A stretch of DNA of 63,942 nt, the filler included, from Chrysochromulina tobinii (lineage: Eukaryota), in NCBI GenBank assembly GCA_001275005.1. It is 5 parts of 5 records of this genome, joined end to end, with 100 filler letters (N's around TTAATTAATTAA, not from the genome) between each part and the next. Parts side by side here need not be neighbours in the genome. Positions count along the whole stretch, not along the records: positions 1 to 31,805 come from JWZX01001255.1; 4 more parts are not named here. The stretch is one strand, 5' to 3'. Shown piece after piece: positions 9,800 to 18,992 of this stretch. Each line of letters begins with the position of its first letter. Positions within the stretch are counted from its first letter, which is position 1. Both the position numbers and the translations under genes were made by a program. A model generated the notes under the pieces. That model worked only from the letters and a program-made list of their open reading frames with translations. It ran no database searches and was not told the origin of the DNA.

Positions 9800-11512
9800 A
9801 TGCTCGTTAGCGCCGCATCTCTGGTCACAATACTTCCGCTCCTTGTGCCACATGCTCGCCAAGCAAAAATGGGGCTGGTCGACACGCTCAGCAGCACGAG
9901 CGCCTTCGCAGAGGCTCAATCGGCCGTGTGGCACGGGAACGTTGAACTTCTCGAGCAGCTCCTGGAGAGTGACAGTACGTTGGCCGTTGCCTCAGACAAC
10001 GGCGGTAGGACCTTGCTGCATCAAGCTGCATTCGAAGGTCGTGTCGAGGCATGCACGGCACTGCTCAGAATGGGTGCCGACCAGACAGCTGTCGACGAGC
10101 TCAGCATGCGTCCGCTCGACTGGGCGATTCTGCACTCAAGGGCGCCTGTGGTGAAGCTGCTCGCCGAGGCAGACTGCACGGTTGCATCCACAGCAGCGCC
10201 GTTTGCAGGCTCGTTGCCGCCAGTGCATCTGGCCGCCGCTGCTGGTGACGCCGACACACTGGGAGCGTTGCTGAGCAGCGACGTGACTGCCCCCAACGAC
10301 TGCATCTCGGCAGTTGATCTGGCCCGTGCGATGGGTCATGAGGGGGCGGTGCAGCTCTTGATGGACCAACCGCCCCCCGCAAAGCCGAGCGCGAGGCGTC
10401 CCGCGTCCAAGGGCCCTTCGGCTAGTACGCACGGGACGATGCGGATTCTGACCGCCGCAGAGCTCGCCGTCAGCCCGTCCGCGTGGGATGCTGCGCTCGC
10501 CGACTCAACGCCGGTGCTCATCAAGGGCCTCGGCAAGGACTGGTCGGAGATGGTCCGAGATTGGTCCGCCAGCGGTGAGCTCCGGGAGCGCTGGGGGCAG
10601 CTTCGTGTTCGGGCGGGGTTCTCGCCGGACGCCCTCTACCAGCGCTTCGAGCGCGTCACGTCGGTCGATGGCGAGGACGTGCTGTGCGTGCTCCGTCCCC
10701 CGTCTCAAGAGATGAGCTTCGCCTCCTTCATAGACGAGCTGCATGCTGCCAAGTCTTCGCCCATTTCGTCCGCCAGATCACTGGCGGCGGATGCGGCCGC
10801 CGCAGCCCCCGACGCCGAGGGCGGCCGGCTTGAGCACGTGGCGGTGCAGCAGTCGCGTACCTCGGACCTCGGAAGCCTCTTCGGGCAAGACGGCAGTGCT
10901 CTGCCGCCACTCGCGGACAGCCTGGTTCGACGCTCCACCTTACAGCTGGCCGACGCCGACAGCGACGGAGACAGCGACGGAGACAGAGACAGAGACGGAG
11001 CGATGCCGCCTGGATTCCACGCGAATCTCTGGGCCTGCTCACCACCGAAGCTCTCCCAGCTGCACTATGATGGGTATGACTCGCTCTTGATCCAGTTGCA
11101 GGGATCGAAGCGTTTCACTCTCATCGATCCGACGCCGATTTGCGGACTCGCACCCTGCCCGGCTACCGTTCCAGCGGCCAGCGTGGTGCGCCGTGGCCCC
11201 GGCCAGTATGAGATCGAGCCTCTGCCGAGCGCCGACGAGCGCGCGACGTACGACAATTTCCCGCTCGTGTGTGCCGGCGAGGCCTCACGCGCGCCACTCG
11301 CGCCTCTGTTTGAGCACGCACACCTGACCACCGTGGACGTGCATGCGGGCGACGCACTGCTGCTTCCCGCCTTTTGGTACCACGAGGTCGACTCCTTATG
11401 CGACGGACCGGATGAGCTCAATCTGGCGGTCAACTGCTGGTGGCACTGCGGCACCGCCATCTCCACCCGTCATCGCATCCTGCGCGAGCAGCTACGTGCC
11501 AACCCGCAATGA
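9800..11512 (+). CDS. Ankyrin-repeat + JmjC (cupin_8, FIH/JMJD5-like) hydroxylase
   Basis: Ankyrin repeats GRTLLHQAAFEG, RPLDWA, PVHLAAAAG; JmjC LHYDGYDSLLIQLQGSKRF and GDALLLPAFWYHEV, AVNCWW; start uncertain (9800 or 9869). Confidence 0.85.
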   Translation: MLVSAASLVTILPLLVPHARQAKMGLVDTLSSTSAFAEAQSAVWHGNVELLEQLLESDSTLAVASDNGGRTLLHQAAFEGRVEACTALLRMGADQTAVDELSMRPLDWAILHSRAPVVKLLAEADCTVASTAAPFAGSLPPVHLAAAAGDADTLGALLSSDVTAPNDCISAVDLARAMGHEGAVQLLMDQPPPAKPSARRPASKGPSASTHGTMRILTAAELAVSPSAWDAALADSTPVLIKGLGKDWSEMVRDWSASGELRERWGQLRVRAGFSPDALYQRFERVTSVDGEDVLCVLRPPSQEMSFASFIDELHAAKSSPISSARSLAADAAAAAPDAEGGRLEHVAVQQSRTSDLGSLFGQDGSALPPLADSLVRRSTLQLADADSDGDSDGDRDRDGAMPPGFHANLWACSPPKLSQLHYDGYDSLLIQLQGSKRFTLIDPTPICGLAPCPATVPAASVVRRGPGQYEIEPLPSADERATYDNFPLVCAGEASRAPLAPLFEHAHLTTVDVHAGDALLLPAFWYHEVDSLCDGPDELNLAVNCWWHCGTAISTRHRILREQLRANPQ

Positions 11513-11905
11513 GCCTCTCTCTCTCAGTATAGCAGCCTCTCTCCCGTCTCCGCTGCCTCTCCGCGGAGCGCGGTGGAGTGACCAGTGAGTCGCTGCCATA
11601 AACTACGGTACTCTGCCGACGCTCCAGAGGTTCCAAGTCGCACGTCGTGTTAGTATCTCTGTTATCCGGTCGGAAGGCGGCCCCTCGTCAGGGTCAGCCC
11701 CTCGCGGGTATGTACTGGCAGGCGGCCCCCGGAGATCGGACAGTGGAGACAGGGTGCCTGGACGCTCGGCCCACGTCAACACAGTGTCCGGTCCTCCTCG
11801 CTCCTGTTCCCGGGAATCCCGGCCGTACCGATAACTTCATGTAGAACTTCTACAAACTTGAAGAATACGTCGTAAATTCACTCGCCCCCGTAATCTATCT
11901 CGTCT

Positions 11906-13042
11906 TCACACGATCTTTTTGCTGGCCTCGCCGGTTCCCTCCGAGCTCGGCCTCGGAGGTCCGATCTCGACGAGGAGCTTGCCGATATGTCCACCTGTGA
12001 ACATCTTGATCATCGCGGGGGCGAACGCCTCGATGCCGCGCTCGAGCTGCTCCGTCATGAAGATCTTGCCGCGGAACATCAGCCAGAGGATGTGCACCAT
12101 GGCCCCCGGAAGCCGATGGAAGTAGAACATCACGTTGAACCCGATCATTTGCGCTCCCCTCTCTGCGAGCTTCAAGTACTCTGACGGGCCGCGCACTGTG
12201 CCGACGTTAAGGTTGCCATTGTACTGCGAGGAGGCGCCGCAGATGACCACGCGCGCGTTACGGTTCAGCCGCCGGAGCACCTCGTCCAGGAGCTCGCCTC
12301 CCACCGTGTCGAAGTAGTAGTCGATCCCGTTGGGGCACAGCTTATCAAGCTGCTCGCCGATTGTGAGATGCGTATCCTTGTAGTCGATGGCAGCTGCGAG
12401 TCCGAGTTTGTCGAGCAGGTAGGCTTTCTTGTTTTCTCCGCCGGCCACGCCGACCACGCGGGCGCCAGTTTGCTTGGCGAGCTGTGCGGCAACGGATCCA
12501 GTCGCACCTGCCGCTCCAGAGACTAGGGCGGTCTCACCTCGGCGCGGCGGCTTGGTGACGGCATGGATCCCGACCCACGCGGTGAGGCCGCTCGTGACCC
12601 CGAGGAGCCCGAGGAAGGTTCGCGGCTGCACATACGGCAGCGAGAGCATCGGCATCGCCATGGCGGCCTGGTCCTTGCCCAGCTTAGCATAGGAGCAAGC
12701 GCCGAGCATGCCCATAACACGGGACCCACATCTGAGCTTCGGGTTGGCCGAGGCGACGACCTTGCCGTAGCCAAGAGCAGGAATCGTATCACCCAATGCG
12801 ATGGCGCCGTGGTAAGCCTTCTCATCCAGCATCGTGCGCAGAAACGCGTCGACTGACAAGACCTCACACTGGATGATGGCCTCGCCCTCCTTCAGCGCCG
12901 AGGTATCCAGTTGCTCATGGACGAGCTTTACGTCGTCGAGCTGCATCAGGCCCGAGGGCCGAGCGACCAATGTCCACCGCTGATTGTCTATCCGTTCCGG
13001 CAAAGTGGCCGTGGCCGCTGCCGTTGTGAGGAGGGCTCCCAT
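11906..13042 (-). CDS. NADP-dependent MDR oxidoreductase, prostaglandin reductase/CurA family
   Basis: LSVDAFLR, GLTAWVG, VSGAAGATGSVAAQLAK, AIDYK, CPNGIDYYFDTVGG, CGASSQYN, GKLLV. Confidence 0.93.
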   Translation of the reverse strand: MGALLTTAAATATLPERIDNQRWTLVARPSGLMQLDDVKLVHEQLDTSALKEGEAIIQCEVLSVDAFLRTMLDEKAYHGAIALGDTIPALGYGKVVASANPKLRCGSRVMGMLGACSYAKLGKDQAAMAMPMLSLPYVQPRTFLGLLGVTSGLTAWVGIHAVTKPPRRGETALVSGAAGATGSVAAQLAKQTGARVVGVAGGENKKAYLLDKLGLAAAIDYKDTHLTIGEQLDKLCPNGIDYYFDTVGGELLDEVLRRLNRNARVVICGASSQYNGNLNVGTVRGPSEYLKLAERGAQMIGFNVMFYFHRLPGAMVHILWLMFRGKIFMTEQLERGIEAFAPAMIKMFTGGHIGKLLVEIGPPRPSSEGTGEASKKIV

Positions 13043-13599
13043 AGTCCGTGAGCGTTCCGGGAAGAGGACCTACGCCTAGGCCCACCCGAGCCGAGCTGCC
13101 GCGGTACCGGAGGCGTTCCGGCGGATGCGGATGGTCACATCCGAGAAGATTCAGAAAGGCGGTCACCTCTACCGTTCGCTGCCCGTAGAAGCTGCTGGGC
13201 GAGATTGTGACAGATTATCAGCTTGGGGGTGGGGGGGTCCGCGAGGTCGTCTCTGCGGGCGTGCACGATACGTATAAGTAACCTAGTAGGCGTAACGTAA
13301 GTAAGTAAACATCGGACGTGGGAGCCGGGACGCCTACTAATCGCCTACAGGCAGCGTCTGAGGCAGCGTACACGTGGCGAGGGGGTCACCCCCAGGCATA
13401 CTAAGCGTGGTACGGTGTTCGGGCGTGCACGATACGAAAACGCGAAACCAAACAACTTCGATTACCAGTTCGGTTCTTTTAACGGTTCTTTTTAGGAAGC
13501 TCGCTTATTCCTTATACTCGCCAGTTGGACAGTGTCGCTGAGTGTCCGATGGAACACAAGATGAGGGGAACAAGGAACCCCAAAACAGTGCAGTTATAT

Positions 13600-14748
13600 T
13601 CATGTCGACGAATCTCTCTCCGTAGTGCTTGCGAGCGTGCCGGGTTCGAGCCTCGGGAAAAGCACGGTCAACACGAGAGTCTCCATCCAGTTCCTGCTCA
13701 CGGCACTGTGCAGGCAAAAGTGCGAGCAGTCCGATACCAAGTATGACGAAAAATTCCCTACTCGCTGTGTCGTCGCACGCATCGTCGGAGCAACCTCCTC
13801 GAGCTCGTCGCGCTTGCCACGCGGGTGCTCCGCGTGATGCGCCACGTCGTGTTGCCATGTGCTCATACGCTCAAGGCGTGCTGGCGCGTTCGGCGGCGCG
13901 CTCAAGAGCGGCGCGAGGAAGCGCTCTGCCAGCCGGTTTCGCTCATTGGCCAGCGGGAAGAGGTGTCCCTTGATGGGCATGCAGCTTCCTGCCGACGGCC
14001 AAGAGGCGTTGCGAAAAGTCGGGAAGTAACCGCTAGGTGTCGCATAGTGCTGTGGCGTGTTGTCGCGCCAGATGAGTCGCCGCGCGCGCCAGCGCTGCTC
14101 CGCGGCGACCGCCGAGAGCGTTGACGCGAAGCGCATGAGATCGGAGGCGTACGCGTCGCTCCCCATGGCACGCTCGCACAGCCGGCGGCGGAAGGCGTAC
14201 GCAACGTTCTCAAGGTTACCCGATGGGTTGAGCATGCATGCGTTCGTCGAGCACGCTTTGCCGAGAGCGCCGCCGTCGCCAAGGCCGCGCGCTAGACAGG
14301 TCTCCACAAGCTGCGGCGTGAGACTCTCGTCCACGCCCTCGGAAACGACCGCCGGCGGCTCGAAATTGTACCACAGGCCAAAGTTGAAGAGCACGACATC
14401 GGCTGTGGACAGCACCAAACGCAACTGCCGTGCGAGCGGCTCGTGGTGCGGCACCAAGTTGAGCGCAAACGCGACTGTGCCGAACGGCAGCAAGCAGTTG
14501 GCGAGAGTGTGCAGCTCGCCCATGAGCGAGTCGCCAACAAAGGCCACTGTGAGGTTGCGCAGCACTGGGATGGCACTACAGTCATGGGCAGAAACAGATA
14601 AAGAGCTGTCGTCGCAGGTGGAGCATGCATATTGCCGCAGGTAGTCTCGCTGGCTGGATTGGTTGATGCAGCCGAAAATGTGACGCCGAGTGAATGGCAG
14701 GACGTCGCAGGACTTCCGCCATTCTGTTGCCAATCCTTGCGACGGCAT
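13600..14748 (-). CDS. TBL/PC-esterase (SGNH-like) O-acetyltransferase family protein
   Basis: GDS motif (FVGDSL), FNFGLWYN, WRDNTPQHY, DCSHFC (DxxH); start uncertain (alternative ATG at 14801 in another frame). Confidence 0.8.
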   Translation of the reverse strand: MPSQGLATEWRKSCDVLPFTRRHIFGCINQSSQRDYLRQYACSTCDDSSLSVSAHDCSAIPVLRNLTVAFVGDSLMGELHTLANCLLPFGTVAFALNLVPHHEPLARQLRLVLSTADVVLFNFGLWYNFEPPAVVSEGVDESLTPQLVETCLARGLGDGGALGKACSTNACMLNPSGNLENVAYAFRRRLCERAMGSDAYASDLMRFASTLSAVAAEQRWRARRLIWRDNTPQHYATPSGYFPTFRNASWPSAGSCMPIKGHLFPLANERNRLAERFLAPLLSAPPNAPARLERMSTWQHDVAHHAEHPRGKRDELEEVAPTMRATTQRVGNFSSYLVSDCSHFCLHSAVSRNWMETLVLTVLFPRLEPGTLASTTERDSST

Positions 14749-14805
14749 CGTGAAGTCCGTGAAAGAATCGTCGCGGGGGCCACAAGGATCGACAACTGCA
14801 TTTCC

Positions 14806-14828
14806 TCAAGTCAAGTCAAGTCAAGTCA
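14806..14828 (-). promoter_or_regulatory. (TTGAC)4 array in a divergent promoter region
   Basis: TCAAG x4.6 on the + strand between divergently transcribed TBL and uL15 genes; function inferred. Confidence 0.35.
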
Positions 14829-14940
14829 TTTCCTTTGCTTTCGTGATGTCGGGCTAAAGTTAAGGTTCTCATGTGAATAGGGCGAGTTACGGCGCTTCAA
14901 GTTACGGCGCCCTAACCTGACTGAGCACGTATCTCTGTCA

Positions 14941-16089
14941 ATGCACCTCTGTCGCGCTGGGCAGCGGCTCGCAGCTGGGCTCGCCAGGCGAAGCCAACTT
15001 GCGCCTCATACTGCCGCATTCAGCACGCGGAGCTGCTCGCTGCTGCACCTCTCCTCGTCAATCACCGCCTCCTCTTCACCTCTGCCGCTCAGAGGCACCT
15101 TCTTGCCCCAGCTCCGCGCCTCCTCGTCGGCCGCAATGGCCGCGCCCATGCTGCTCAACCTGCCGGTCGGCGTCGGTCCGCTCGCGCTGAATAGAATCCA
15201 CGACAATATTGGTGCGCGCCCGGTCAAGCGGCGCGTGGGCCGCGGCGTCGGCTCCGGCCGAGGCCGGTACTGTGGACGCGGAATGAAGGGGCGCAAGGCA
15301 CGCGCGGGCAACCACGGGCTGCTCAGGCACGATGGTGGCCAGACGACCTTACAAAAGGGCCTTCCCAAGATGGGAGCCTGGCGCCCGAAGCTCGAGTATG
15401 CCTACATCAACCTGTGGCGCATCCAGGAAGCTGTTGCCAGCGGCCGTCTGCCGGTACCAGAGGAACGACCGATCGATGTGCGCGACCTCTTTAACGCGAA
15501 GCTGGTGACGCTGCGCCAGCGGCACGCGGGCATCCAGCTGCTCGGGCGCGGCCACGAGAGCTACAGCACGCCGCTGCGCCTCGAGGTCCAGATGGCTTCG
15601 CAGCGCGCGATCGAGGCTGTCGAGAAAGCGGGAGGGTCAATCGAAACAGTCTACTACTCCCGGCTGACGCTGCGCAGCCTGCTCAAGCCGCACCGCTTCG
15701 AGGCCGCGCCCGTCGGCAAGCGCCATGGTGCCATGCGCCCACGCCCGGCGCTGCCGCCGCCCAAGCTCATGACCCGCATCTACATGTCGGAGAGGCATCG
15801 CGGCTACCTTCGCCAGCTGCAGCCCGGAGACGTAGTCAGACCTCAGGAGCATCCGGCGCACGTCGACCTGTCGGTGCGTCAGAAGCCGCGCTACCCGGGA
15901 TGGGCGGCCGCCGACGCCGACGCGATGGCCTCCGGGCGGCCTTACATCAAGGCCGACGGCACACGCACCGCTTCTGGGGAGAAAGCGGTCGTCGACGCTG
16001 TTGGCAAGGCGCCTTCGTCTCGCGCGATTCAAACTGCCAACCCGCGCCGCCGGGACAACCGGCCCTACGTGCCCGGAGAGCGCGCGTGA
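14941..16089 (+). CDS. MRPL15: Mitochondrial ribosomal protein uL15m with N-terminal presequence
   Basis: RVGRGVGSGRGRYCGRGMKGRKAR, DGGQTTL, GIQLLGRG, ASQRAIEAVEKAGG...YY; Arg/Ser/Leu-rich N-terminus lacking acidic residues. Confidence 0.88.
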   Translation: MHLCRAGQRLAAGLARRSQLAPHTAAFSTRSCSLLHLSSSITASSSPLPLRGTFLPQLRASSSAAMAAPMLLNLPVGVGPLALNRIHDNIGARPVKRRVGRGVGSGRGRYCGRGMKGRKARAGNHGLLRHDGGQTTLQKGLPKMGAWRPKLEYAYINLWRIQEAVASGRLPVPEERPIDVRDLFNAKLVTLRQRHAGIQLLGRGHESYSTPLRLEVQMASQRAIEAVEKAGGSIETVYYSRLTLRSLLKPHRFEAAPVGKRHGAMRPRPALPPPKLMTRIYMSERHRGYLRQLQPGDVVRPQEHPAHVDLSVRQKPRYPGWAAADADAMASGRPYIKADGTRTASGEKAVVDAVGKAPSSRAIQTANPRRRDNRPYVPGERA

Positions 16090-16392
16090 GCGTGCAAGCG
16101 CCGGCCACTAGGCAGCTCTCTCTCTCAGCGCGCTGCGTAGTTGGGGGGCTGCGTAAGCGCGCGGCGCGCCGCGCCGTGTAACTGGAACGCCAACGCGCGT
16201 CTCTTCTCCTTGACGGCGAGACCGACGCATGTATTGACATGTTCTCAGAGTTACGTGAGAAAGGCTTTGGCGCATGGCCCTAAAAGCAGTTCGTGGCTCG
16301 TTCGACGGCCGACAGTCTCCTGGTGCGTCACCGGGGTCTCCGTCCCTGGCGGTTTTTTCTTTTCACACAGGCGGAGCTACCTGTCAATGTTC

Positions 16393-17043
16393 TCATGCTG
16401 GTGGCGGCGCGGACGGCGCGGTGATCTTAATCGTGAACTGGCATCGCGGCAATTCGCTCTCGATGGTGGCGGAGACGGAGGCAATCACGCCCAAGCCCGA
16501 GAGCGCCCCGCGAATGAGACCACTCGGGAACTTGATGTGCAGAGCCGCCATCTGCTTAGCGGTCGTGGCGGAGGTGGCGGTCGGTGCGGAGCAGCGCGCG
16601 AGCGTGGGGTGGCTGTTATCCTGTAGCATATACACGCCCTGCGCATTCCCGTCGCACGCACAGCAGAAGCAGCACGTGAGTGGGGCACTTCTTGATAATG
16701 GAGGTCCCAAAATGGCTGAGGAGGGGCGGAGCAGTGCACACACCCGGTTGTTGGTTTGAAGCTTGTCGATCTGCTTGCGGTACACCTCGACCCAAAAGTC
16801 CTTGCAGATGAACTTGATGATCTCGAGCGTGTCCGTGAACCGCGGTCGGTCCTTTGTGTACCTTTCCACTAGGCGCTGGCCGACCTGGAAGCCGATGGCC
16901 TCAATCTTACGGCTCGCCAGCTGCAGCTGAGACGTCGTGGGCGTTGCGCTATTCGGGCCGAGCGCCATCTGCACCAGCTCCATGTGCAGGAAGCTGAAAG
17001 TGGACTCGGCCACTTGATGTCGTCCTTGCGACAAGGCCGACAT
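16393..17043 (-). CDS. TRAPPC6: TRAPP complex subunit Trs33/TRAPPC6; exons 17043-16744, 16638-16393
   Basis: IEAIGFQVGQRLVER, LEIIKFICKDFW, KQIDKLQTNNR|GVYMLQD, FPSGLIRGAL; 105-nt in-frame GT-AG intron 16639-16743. Confidence 0.93.
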   Translation of the reverse strand: MSALSQGRHQVAESTFSFLHMELVQMALGPNSATPTTSQLQLASRKIEAIGFQVGQRLVERYTKDRPRFTDTLEIIKFICKDFWVEVYRKQIDKLQTNNRVCALLRPSSAILGPPLSRSAPLTCCFCCACDGNAQGVYMLQDNSHPTLARCSAPTATSATTAKQMAALHIKFPSGLIRGALSGLGVIASVSATIESELPRCQFTIKITAPSAPPPA

Positions 17044-17474
17044 AGATGTGAGTTTCGTTCAATGATGCGTTCACAGGTCAGGACTGAAGAGGCATGAAGA
17101 GGAAAGTCTCACTGTCCGAGCTACATGTATCTGAAACGCGCTCGCGGCGGCCGGCGCGGCGCCCCCAGCGCTAGGGGAAGTGCACGTAGCACACGAGACT
17201 CGCCGTCTTGTTTGATGACTCAATCTGTCAAGACACGACGTCTGGTCGTCTGCGACGGCTTCTCCTGAGACTTGACGGATACTCGACTAGGACTCTTGTT
17301 TCTCGCGTGATCAGGCCATACCCCGCCCAATTGCCCCCGCCCTGACACGACAGAGATCAGGTTCTCCTAACATTCCCTGCATTCCCGCTATCATCATCCA
17401 TCTCGCTACAACATCCGATATTGAGCTGTTCTGAGGCATCTGGAATGGATTCTCAGTCTGAGGTCCTACAGTAG

Positions 17475-18731
17475 TCACCTGCGTGCTTCAGGCTGCCCGT
17501 GTGCCGCCCGCCGACGCCCATGGCCATGCCACTTGCTCCGCCCACGGCGCCACTTGCGTCCGTGGCGGCTGCCCTCGGCCGCCACCTCCTCCTGCTGCTG
17601 CTCCACGAGGCGCGAGCCGTCCCAGCGCGAGTGCGTGCGGATGCTCCTGCCGAGTTGGCTGAAGAACATGTCCCAAAAAAGGGGTGTGTAGCAAAAGTGG
17701 GTGCAGTCGCAGCAGCGGCCAACCTTGACTTGGTTCGAGTACGAGCAGAAATGGCGCCGATGCATGTCGTGCCGTGCCGCCGTTAGGTTGTAAAAGGGCA
17801 CCATGCCCACACCGTGCTTGGCCGCCGCGCGCTTCGCTAGACGGTTGAATTCCACATTCTGGTTGCCGAGGGTGCGCTCGCTACTGTCGCGCGCGGCGCG
17901 CTTCTGGAGCGGCTCGCACTGGCAGGGCGTGCCTGGCGCCGGCTTCTCCGCGCCCGGGCTGTACGAGCCTCCCTTGAAGTGCTGCGCCGAGAGCTCGCGA
18001 AACAAGCTCACGCGCCCCGCGCCGGCCGCCGCCCAGGCCTCCATAGTGCTGAAGAGCGTGTGGAGCATCTGTCCAAAGTTCGCGTTCGTGTGGTAATGAA
18101 GTCCGTAGTTGATGAGCGCCACGTCCACGCCCGCGCCTCGGAGCACTGCCGACACCTTTTCGTGCTCCAGCACACCTACCGCAGTGCAGAGCAGCCGTGC
18201 GCCGTTGGGCAATCGTATCCCGCGTATCTGCATGCCGATGCGCGACGCGAGCTGATTGATCTCGGGGCACGGGACGGTTTCTGCCGCAAGGTCTCTCCCC
18301 GTGCACAACGGGGGCTGCGGCACCACGTGCGAGCGCTGCAACGAGCAGATGGCCGCCTCGCACACCTGCGTCATGATCGAATCGCCATGCATCCACAGCG
18401 TCCTGTTGGGCATCATCGAGAGCACGTTCTCCCAGATGCCGCCGAGCCCGGCAGGGCGCACGAGGTGCGGCTCCAGCGTCGGCCAGTCCTCGTCGCGCGT
18501 CCACCGGCTGCACTTGCTCCCGCCGTCCCGCGCTGCGCGCTCGGCCGACCAGTAGAATTCGTGCGAGAAGAGGAACTCGGAGACGCACGGTGCGGGCAAG
18601 GTCTCGCACAGCACTGACTTGGTCACCTGGTGCGCGCGATGCGCGTCGACATTGCGCCTACGGTTCAGCGCTTCACACTCGTCGATGCCCAGCGGCACCG
18701 CAAGTGCGGCGTGGATGGCGGCGCCCAGCAT
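17475..18731 (-). CDS. Second TBL/PC-esterase (SGNH-like) O-acetyltransferase family protein
   Basis: Hydrophobic N-terminus, MHGDSI, INYGLHY, FRELSAQHF, DCTHFC. Confidence 0.8.
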   Translation of the reverse strand: MLGAAIHAALAVPLGIDECEALNRRRNVDAHRAHQVTKSVLCETLPAPCVSEFLFSHEFYWSAERAARDGGSKCSRWTRDEDWPTLEPHLVRPAGLGGIWENVLSMMPNRTLWMHGDSIMTQVCEAAICSLQRSHVVPQPPLCTGRDLAAETVPCPEINQLASRIGMQIRGIRLPNGARLLCTAVGVLEHEKVSAVLRGAGVDVALINYGLHYHTNANFGQMLHTLFSTMEAWAAAGAGRVSLFRELSAQHFKGGSYSPGAEKPAPGTPCQCEPLQKRAARDSSERTLGNQNVEFNRLAKRAAAKHGVGMVPFYNLTAARHDMHRRHFCSYSNQVKVGRCCDCTHFCYTPLFWDMFFSQLGRSIRTHSRWDGSRLVEQQQEEVAAEGSRHGRKWRRGRSKWHGHGRRRAAHGQPEARR

Positions 18732-18992
18732 CCGCCGACGAAACTTACCCGGAAGAGGTTCCTCCTGAAGAAGACCGCGCGCTCGTGCCGGGTCGACGTC
18801 CCCCGGTCGCGACCAAATTTTGGGGCATCAGCCGAACTTCAAAGCGTGTCTTCTCGGGGCCGCGTGGGCTCTCGCTCATCTCACTTTTCCCGCGGTCCGC
18901 GTGTGTCGGTGTGTGACAGCACCTGCGGTGCAGTTGGCGTCGCTCGTGGCCGACAGGACTGTGGAGAGTGGCACGTCAAGCTTTGGGGCATC

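Noticed and set aside
16639..16743. 35-aa Cys-rich 'insertion' in Trs33
   Set aside because: It is an in-frame GT-AG intron; removal restores TNNRGVY.
18630..18992. N-terminal extension of PTEN overlapping the TBL gene
   Set aside because: Non-ATG start; PTEN homology begins at ATG 18993.
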